Assembly (NCBI GenBank): GCA_038236935.1
Contig: JBBRZH010000003.1
Coordinates: 18,227 to 82,226 of the forward strand
Direction of reading: 5' to 3'
From: Lysobacterales bacterium
Lineage (GTDB): Bacteria > Pseudomonadota > Gammaproteobacteria > Xanthomonadales > Xanthomonadaceae
Length of the DNA stretch: 64,000 bases
Of the stretch, positions 57,945 to 64,000 are shown in pieces. Within the stretch, counting starts at the first letter, position 1, and the number at the start of each line of letters is the position of its first letter. The notes beneath the pieces are model-generated. The model was not told the origin of the DNA, made no database searches, and saw only the letters and a list, made by a program, of their open reading frames with translations. A program made the position numbers and the translations under genes.

Positions 57945-58117
57945 CTGAGTGGATTTGAAGGGACAAAACCCTGCTTGGCAAGGCTGATGCGTAGCTGTGA
58001 GTTCTGTCATTGAATTGATCCAGGCATGGCTGATTTCACCATCCGAAAACGGCTGTGCTGGCTTAATGACACAAGGCACTTCCCTGAACATCCCGGGCCA
58101 TCAACCAGAGAGCCGCC

Positions 58118-58393
58118 ATGGTGATCCACCTTCAACAATCGCCTGTCAGTCCCGAATTTGACGAAGGCCGCACGCGAGCCCGCATTTTCGGCGAAGTCGC
58201 CATGGGGATGTATCCTGGCGCGACCTGGTGCACTGTCGAGCCACACATGGCTGGCGACTGGCAAGCCGTGCGCGGTAATTCCCCGCTGACATGGGCAGAT
58301 GTCCGCGGCGCAGCGCATTCCTCCTGGCAGGTCGCCAAACTGCAGGCAGAGGGCCGTCTGTGCGACGACGCTCCGGTGTTCAAAACCGCCTGA
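58118..58393 (+). CDS. Hypothetical 91-aa protein
   Basis: Purine-rich RBS; YPGATWCTVEPHMAGDWQAVRGNSPLTWADVRGAAHSSW has a regular Trp pattern. Confidence 0.6.
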   Translation: MVIHLQQSPVSPEFDEGRTRARIFGEVAMGMYPGATWCTVEPHMAGDWQAVRGNSPLTWADVRGAAHSSWQVAKLQAEGRLCDDAPVFKTA

Positions 58394-58530
58394 TCGCCCG
58401 TCGATTGGCGTTGGCGCATCGTGCGGCGCAGTCCACAGGCGCATCACAGGCGGTCCGGATACTCCAGAGATTCGTCGACGAATCGTCGATCCGCGGCCTA
58501 GTCGGCCGAAATCCACCAGGAGAGAAAGTG

Positions 58531-59454
58531 ATGGCACGTCCTGTCTGGTCCGGAACACTTTCGTTCGGGCTGCTCAATATCCCGGTGTCGCTGATGTCGG
58601 GCGAGCGACGTACCGATATCTCTTTCCGCATGCTGGATGCGCGCAACAACGCGCCGATCAAATACGAGCGCACCAATGCCGAAACCGGCGAGGAAGTGCC
58701 GTGGAAGGAGATCGTCAAGGCATTCGAATACGACAAGGGGAGCTATGTCGTGCTGGAACCCGAAGACATCAAGTCCGCCGCACCCGAAAGCCATGACGCG
58801 ATCGAGGTCGAAGGATTCGTCGACGTGAGTGCCATCGGGCCACAGTATTTCGAGAAACCGTACGTGCTGGTGCCAGCCAAAAAGGCGGAGAAGGGGTATG
58901 TGCTGTTGCGCGAGGCGCTGCAGAAGACGGGAAAGATCGGCATCGCCCGCGTGGTGATCCGCACGCGTGAAAGCCTGTGTGCCGTCATGCCCCAGGGCAA
59001 CGCGTTATTGTTGCTGATGATGCGTTATCCCCAGGAACTGGTGGATATCGAGGAATACAACATTCCAGAAGGCGACCGGAGCGACTATCGAATCAGCGCG
59101 AAGGAGCTCGCGTTTTCGGAGCAACTGATCGACACCATGTCCACCGAGTGGAAACCCACCGATTATCAGGACGAATTCCGCGAACGCCTGCACAGCGTGA
59201 TCAAGGAACGCATGGAATCCAACGGGGTCGTCAAGCATACCGAGGACGAACATGAGGCGACCGACGGTGCTGCGACGAATGTCGTGGACTTCATGTCGTT
59301 GCTGCAGCAGAGCATCGACCGCAACAAGCGCACGCCGGCCAGGAAAAACGTCAACGCCGACGCCAAGCCTCCAGGCAGGAAACGCGTCGCGAAAAAACCG
59401 GTGAAGGCCGCCAAGAAAGCGCCGTTGAAAAAAAGCGCGCGCAAGTCGGCATAA
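58531..59454 (+). CDS. ku: Non-homologous end joining protein Ku
   Basis: ARPVWSGTLSFGLLNIPV, EIVKAFEYDKG, YFEKPY and NVVDFMSLLQQS; basic C-terminal tail. Confidence 0.95.
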   Translation: MARPVWSGTLSFGLLNIPVSLMSGERRTDISFRMLDARNNAPIKYERTNAETGEEVPWKEIVKAFEYDKGSYVVLEPEDIKSAAPESHDAIEVEGFVDVSAIGPQYFEKPYVLVPAKKAEKGYVLLREALQKTGKIGIARVVIRTRESLCAVMPQGNALLLLMMRYPQELVDIEEYNIPEGDRSDYRISAKELAFSEQLIDTMSTEWKPTDYQDEFRERLHSVIKERMESNGVVKHTEDEHEATDGAATNVVDFMSLLQQSIDRNKRTPARKNVNADAKPPGRKRVAKKPVKAAKKAPLKKSARKSA

Positions 59455-59675
59455 GCGGGGGAAATGACTGGCTGCCTGGGAGGCACGCGCTCGGCGATTC
59501 GCCTGTCCGTGGAAGCTCACTTACCCAAAATTGACTATCAGGCAGTGCTCAGGACTTGGCTGGCACTGGCCAGTGCATGCGAGATCTGGGGGAATGCTTG
59601 GAAAGGGTCGCGGGTTGATCAGCTTGAAAAAATCGCCGGCACTTCCGGCGATTTCTGCGTAGCTGGAGCGAAGGC

Positions 59676-60221
59676 CTATTTCTTCAGCGATTTCAGCGCC
59701 GTCAGCGATTCGTTGACGTGTTCTTTCGGATCTAGGTCTGAGTACGCGTGCACGATCATGCCGGATGGTGCAATCACATAGGAGGTACGGTTCGACCAGC
59801 TCGGCTTCAACGCCAGCCGCGCATCGTATTGTTTGGCGATCTTCGCGCCAGGATCGGATGCGACCGGGAATTTCCCGCTGCAGTGTTCGGTTTCCTTGGA
59901 AAAATCGGCGAGCTCGTCGGTATGGCCGGCCGTGACACCGATCACGGTGGCATTCTGCGCCTTGAACTGGTCGATGGCCGCTGAGAAAAGGTGGGCTTCG
60001 ATATTGCACCCCGAGGTATGCGCGGCGGGGAAGAAGTACACCACCACCGGGCCTTTCTTCAAAGCCTCGGCAAGCTTGAACGTGAAAGGCTTGCCCGCCA
60101 GGAAGGCCGGCGCGCTGAAATCCGGCGCCCGCGTGCCAACCTTCAACGCGGCGAACGATGGCGAAGCAAACGCAAATGCGGCTGTGATGCCGATGGCGGC
60201 AAATTTGATCAGATGCTTCAT
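59676..60221 (-). CDS. Peroxiredoxin (BCP/AhpC-TSA) with signal peptide
   Basis: YFFPAAHTSGC (PxxxTxxC) and NRTSYVI; N-terminal signal ending SFA. Confidence 0.9.
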   Translation of the reverse strand: MKHLIKFAAIGITAAFAFASPSFAALKVGTRAPDFSAPAFLAGKPFTFKLAEALKKGPVVVYFFPAAHTSGCNIEAHLFSAAIDQFKAQNATVIGVTAGHTDELADFSKETEHCSGKFPVASDPGAKIAKQYDARLALKPSWSNRTSYVIAPSGMIVHAYSDLDPKEHVNESLTALKSLKK

Positions 60222-60326
60222 GGGTACTGCTCCTGGGGACTGATTGTCTTATACACCGTTGGATTGGAGCCCTGATGAAAGGCGTAGCAGTCGCGGCTGC
60301 GCAGGCAACACCGTCCCGATTGCGCT

Positions 60327-62027
60327 TCAGCGCGGCCCGCGTTCCTCATGCGCCTTGGCCTTGTGGTCGCCAAACATGGCGCTGATCACGATTGTGAGTC
60401 CGAGTGCGACACCAACCAGGAACAACACCAAGGCGATGGCCGGGTATCCGAGTAGGCGGTTGGTGGTATCGATTCGCATCATCATCGCCGAAGCCAGGAT
60501 CAGAGAAGCGGTGATCACCCCGGCGCTGATGCGGTTGCCGATCTTGTGCAGGCTTTCCATCAGGTGCGATTCCTCCAGCCCGGTAATGCGCATCTGCAAT
60601 TTGTTTTCCGCCAGCAACGACAGGATGTCGGACACCTTGCGTGGAGATTCGCGCAGCAGCGCTTGCACCTCGATCAATTCGCTGGCGATGTTGGAAGGCG
60701 AGAGGGATTTTTTCAGGCGCTCGCGCATGACGTGTTCAAGGTGCCGCTCGACGACCTTCTTGACATCAAGTTTCGGGTCCAGCGCATTAGAGACCTGTTC
60801 CAGGTTCAACAAGGTCTTGCCCAGCAGGCTCAATTCAGGCGGTGTGCGCAAGCCGCATGCGGTCGCCAGCCGCACGAGCTCCAGCATCATCCGGCCTTCG
60901 GACAGCATCTGCGATCCACCGTGCGCGGCGTAGCGGGCGACCAGCTGACCGACTTCCCGCATGAGGCGTTCTTCGTCGAAATCCTCAAGTCGCGTGCCCA
61001 TCGAGATGGCTTCGTTGACGACCTCTTCGCCGCGCCCATCAACCGCGGCGAACAACAGTTTCAGCAGGCGCTCGCGTTGTTTCGGCGGGACATGCGCGAC
61101 CATGCCAAGATCGAACAAGGCCAAGCGCCCGTCATCGGTCACGAGCAGGTTGCCGGGGTGCGGGTCGGCATGGATTTCGCCATGCACGAACACCTGGTCC
61201 AGATAGCCACGCATGAGCGCCGATGCCAGTGCATCGAGCGGCTGCTCAGTGCGCCGCAGGCCGGACAATTCCGTGACTTTTACGCCGCTGACCAGCTCCA
61301 TCGTCAGCACGCGCTGTTTCGTCAGGTCCCACACCGGCTGTGGAACGTAAAGCTCCGGGTACTCCTTGAAGTGTTCGCCAAAGCGTTCGAGGTTTTCGGC
61401 TTCGGCGCGATAGTCGAGTTCCCCCAGCAGGGCCTTGCGGAATTCAGCCACCCAGTCGGAGAACCGCAGGCGCCTGCCGATGTCGGTCATGCGGTCGGCA
61501 TGCCCGGCAAGGCGCACCAGCGCATCGAGATCTGTGCGCACGGCCTGGTCCACGCCCGGCCGCTGCACCTTGACCGCCACTGCGCGTCCATCGCGCAGGG
61601 TTGCCCGGTGGACCTGCGCCAGCGATGCGCTGCCAAGCGGGGCTTCGTCGAACGTCGCGAACACTTTGTTGATGCGCACGCCGAGTTCGTCCTCGACCAC
61701 CGTGCGAATGGCATCGAACGGGATCGGCGCCACATCGTCCTGCATGCGTTCCAGTGCGGCGAGATAAGGCGCCGGGACCATGTCCGGGCGCGTCGACAAG
61801 GCTTGCCCGATCTTGACGAAGGTTGGGCCCAGTGCTTCCAGGTCGTCGACGAATTCCTCAGGCTTGCCTTCAGTGTCGTCCGGGGTGATGTCCTGGGTCA
61901 CCGCGTCCAGGTCGATTCCCGTAAACACCCCAGCGGAACGATATTTGAAAAAAAACCGCACGATCTGCGTGGTGCGTGCAAGTCCGCTGCTCTGGTCGGT
62001 CATGGCGGCTCCGGGTGCGCTGGTCAT
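60327..62027 (-). CDS. AarF/ABC1/UbiB family atypical kinase
   Basis: LGPTFVKIGQ, ASLAQVHRA, VAVKVQRP, IHADPHPGN and LFDLGMV; C-terminal TMs. Start at 62027 or 62003. Confidence 0.92.
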   Translation of the reverse strand: MTSAPGAAMTDQSSGLARTTQIVRFFFKYRSAGVFTGIDLDAVTQDITPDDTEGKPEEFVDDLEALGPTFVKIGQALSTRPDMVPAPYLAALERMQDDVAPIPFDAIRTVVEDELGVRINKVFATFDEAPLGSASLAQVHRATLRDGRAVAVKVQRPGVDQAVRTDLDALVRLAGHADRMTDIGRRLRFSDWVAEFRKALLGELDYRAEAENLERFGEHFKEYPELYVPQPVWDLTKQRVLTMELVSGVKVTELSGLRRTEQPLDALASALMRGYLDQVFVHGEIHADPHPGNLLVTDDGRLALFDLGMVAHVPPKQRERLLKLLFAAVDGRGEEVVNEAISMGTRLEDFDEERLMREVGQLVARYAAHGGSQMLSEGRMMLELVRLATACGLRTPPELSLLGKTLLNLEQVSNALDPKLDVKKVVERHLEHVMRERLKKSLSPSNIASELIEVQALLRESPRKVSDILSLLAENKLQMRITGLEESHLMESLHKIGNRISAGVITASLILASAMMMRIDTTNRLLGYPAIALVLFLVGVALGLTIVISAMFGDHKAKAHEERGPR

Positions 62028-62095
62028 GTATGAATACGCAGCCTAGCCGGTCGGGTGTCAAGGTCGCTTCACCGTGGAGCAGGCACGATATCGCC

Positions 62096-62647
62096 ATGGA
62101 CGCACCGCGCTGTTTGTGGACGATCGGTCATTCGACACGCGAGTGGGATGAATTCGCTGGCATGTTGCTGTGGGCAGGGATCACGACGCTGGTGGATGTG
62201 CGACGGTTCGCGGGTTCCCGGCGAAACCCTCAATATTCCCCGTCTGCAATGCTGCCGGCGTTGCGCGACGTTGGCATCACCTACCTGCCGATGCCCGAGT
62301 TCGGTGGTCGTCGTCTGCCGCACCCGGATTCACCAAATGGTGCCTGGCGCGTGGCAGCCTTCCGCGGGTATGCCGATTACATGGCAACACCGGAATTTGC
62401 GTCGGCGCGCACACGTTTGATGGGGCATGCAGCTGCCGCGTGCACGGCGGTGATGTGCGCCGAAGCCCTCTGGTGGCGATGTCATCGCCGTTTGATCGCG
62501 GACGACTTCGTGATGCGCGGCTGGGGCGTGCAGCACTTGATGGCGCCGGCGAAGATGCAACCGCATTTCTTGAATCCAGCGGCACGAATGGTGGATGGCG
62601 TCCTCATCTATCCCCCGGAAACTGATCCGCAAGAGCCTCTGCTTTGA
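62096..62647 (+). CDS. DUF488 family protein
   Basis: WTIGHST, LVDVRRF, FGGRR, FRGYADYM and MCAEALWWRCHRRLIAD. Confidence 0.9.
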   Translation: MDAPRCLWTIGHSTREWDEFAGMLLWAGITTLVDVRRFAGSRRNPQYSPSAMLPALRDVGITYLPMPEFGGRRLPHPDSPNGAWRVAAFRGYADYMATPEFASARTRLMGHAAAACTAVMCAEALWWRCHRRLIADDFVMRGWGVQHLMAPAKMQPHFLNPAARMVDGVLIYPPETDPQEPLL

Positions 62648-62735
62648 TTGCGCGGTAAAATCGCGTTCTTCGCCCGATCGATGCAAGCGCGTGAGCCTGT
62701 CAACGTCCCCCCAGAAACCGCCCAGCCGGACCGAG

Positions 62736-64000
62736 GTGTCCATTCGACAGGAAGACCTGATCCAGTCGATCGCCGATGCGTTGCAATACATCAGCTATTA
62801 CCACCCGGTGGATTACATCCGCAGCCTGTCGGCCGCGCATGATCGCGAGCAGTCGCCAGCGGCGAAGGATGCCATCGCCCAGATCCTGATCAATTCGCGC
62901 ATGTGCGCCGAAGGCCATCGCCCGATCTGCCAGGACACCGGCATTGTCACGGTCTTTCTCAGCATCGGCATGGATGTGCGCTGGGATGACGCCACGATTG
63001 GCGTGGAGGACATGGTGCATGAGGGCGTGCGCCGGGCCTACAACCATCCGGACAACAAGCTGCGCGCAAGTGTGCTTGCCGATCCTGCAGGCAAGCGCAT
63101 CAATACCGGCGACAACGCGCCGGGCGTGGTCAACGTCAAGGTCGTGCCTGGCAATACGGTGGATGTGATCGTCGCCGCGAAAGGCGGCGGCTCGGAGGCG
63201 AAATCGAAATTCGTCATGCTCAACCCGTCGGACTCGATCGTCGACTGGGTCTTGAAAACGGTACCGACGATGGGCGCCGGCTGGTGCCCGCCGGGCATGT
63301 TGGGCATCGGCATCGGCGGCACCGCCGAGAAAGCGATGCTGCTGGCCAAGGAAGCGTTGATGGAGCCGATCGACATCACCGGGTTGCAGGCGCGCGGTGC
63401 ATCCAATCGCAGCGAGGAATTGCGGCTGGAGCTGTTCGACAAGGTCAACGCGCTCGGCATCGGCGCGCAGGGGTTGGGTGGTTTGACGACGGTGCTCGAC
63501 GTCAAGGTCAAGGATTACCCGACGCATGCGGCCAATCTTCCGGTGGCGTTGATCCCCAATTGCGCGGCGACGCGCCACGCGCATTTCACGCTGGATGGCA
63601 GCGGCCCGGTGATGCTCGATCCGCCTTCGCTTGCAGACTGGCCGCAGCTCACCTACGACGCATCAAAGGGCAGGCGTGTCTACCTCGATACGATCACCCG
63701 GGCAGATGTCGCCAGCTGGAAACCGGGTGAAACCCTGCTGCTCAACGGCAAATTGCTGACCGGACGCGACGCGGCGCACAAGCGCATCGTCGGGATGCTG
63801 GATCGCGGCGAGCCACTTCCCGTCGACCTGCGCGGGCGTTTCATCTATTACGTTGGCCCGGTCGATCCGGTGCGCGATGAAGTGGTTGGCCCTGCCGGCC
63901 CGACGACGGCCACCCGCATGGATAAATTCACTGAACAGTTATTGCGCGACACCGGTCTGCTCGGCACGGTCGGCAAGGCGGAGCGGGGCCCCGTGGCGAT
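62736..64000 (+). CDS. Class I fumarate hydratase (3' truncated by the window edge; absent from the ORF track)
   Basis: GTG start then SIRQEDLIQSIADALQYISYYHP, RPICQDTG, KGGGSE, GWCPPG, GRDAAHKR and GPTTATRMD. Confidence 0.93.
   Translation, partial: MSIRQEDLIQSIADALQYISYYHPVDYIRSLSAAHDREQSPAAKDAIAQILINSRMCAEGHRPICQDTGIVTVFLSIGMDVRWDDATIGVEDMVHEGVRRAYNHPDNKLRASVLADPAGKRINTGDNAPGVVNVKVVPGNTVDVIVAAKGGGSEAKSKFVMLNPSDSIVDWVLKTVPTMGAGWCPPGMLGIGIGGTAEKAMLLAKEALMEPIDITGLQARGASNRSEELRLELFDKVNALGIGAQGLGGLTTVLDVKVKDYPTHAANLPVALIPNCAATRHAHFTLDGSGPVMLDPPSLADWPQLTYDASKGRRVYLDTITRADVASWKPGETLLLNGKLLTGRDAAHKRIVGMLDRGEPLPVDLRGRFIYYVGPVDPVRDEVVGPAGPTTATRMDKFTEQLLRDTGLLGTVGKAERGPVA

Noticed and set aside
59563-59576. 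14-bp perfect palindrome GCACTGGCCAGTGC between ku and the peroxiredoxin gene
   Set aside because: It is GC-rich, loopless and single, with no supporting context; could be chance or part of a terminator.
1-64000. Prophage, IS or integrative element
   Set aside because: No integrase, transposase, phage structural gene, tRNA or flanking direct repeat was seen. The 'virion core protein' label for the SPFH gene is a known misnomer for a cellular family.

Overview
GC-rich bacterial chromosomal window, probably Xanthomonadales/Lysobacteraceae-like (inferred from protein style and gene content, not tested). It holds about 60 protein genes and is cut by the window edges at a BaeR-like regulator (left) and a class I fumarate hydratase (right). 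I saw no tRNA, rRNA, CRISPR array, integrase or transposase. Most genes are stress, redox, signalling or housekeeping singletons: OYE, quinone reductases, two GGDEF cyclases, DJ-1/PfpI, TrmY, Dcp, SelO, Uup, an ECF/anti-sigma pair, GST, rhomboid, RluF, Csp, Ku, peroxiredoxin and an AarF kinase. The stand-out is a co-oriented minus-strand five-gene cluster at 19096-27978: a degenerate SIR2-like+TIR protein, an nSTAND1 NTPase-TM-TPR protein, a SLOG+2xSLATT membrane protein, a TIR-TM-TPR protein, and a 51-aa acidic peptide missing from the ORF track. It looks like a candidate nucleotide-signalling conflict/defence system that differs from canonical Thoeris, Avs and CBASS. Also seen: a katG remnant at the cluster edge, a YdjI/YdjG-like SPFH-Zn-ribbon module, a DUF4331-TPR-HupE triad with an ECF-like promoter, an ABC/esterase module, two inverted arrays of a 21-nt repeat, and several small or broken genes. 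All family calls come from motif recognition by eye; no database search was run.
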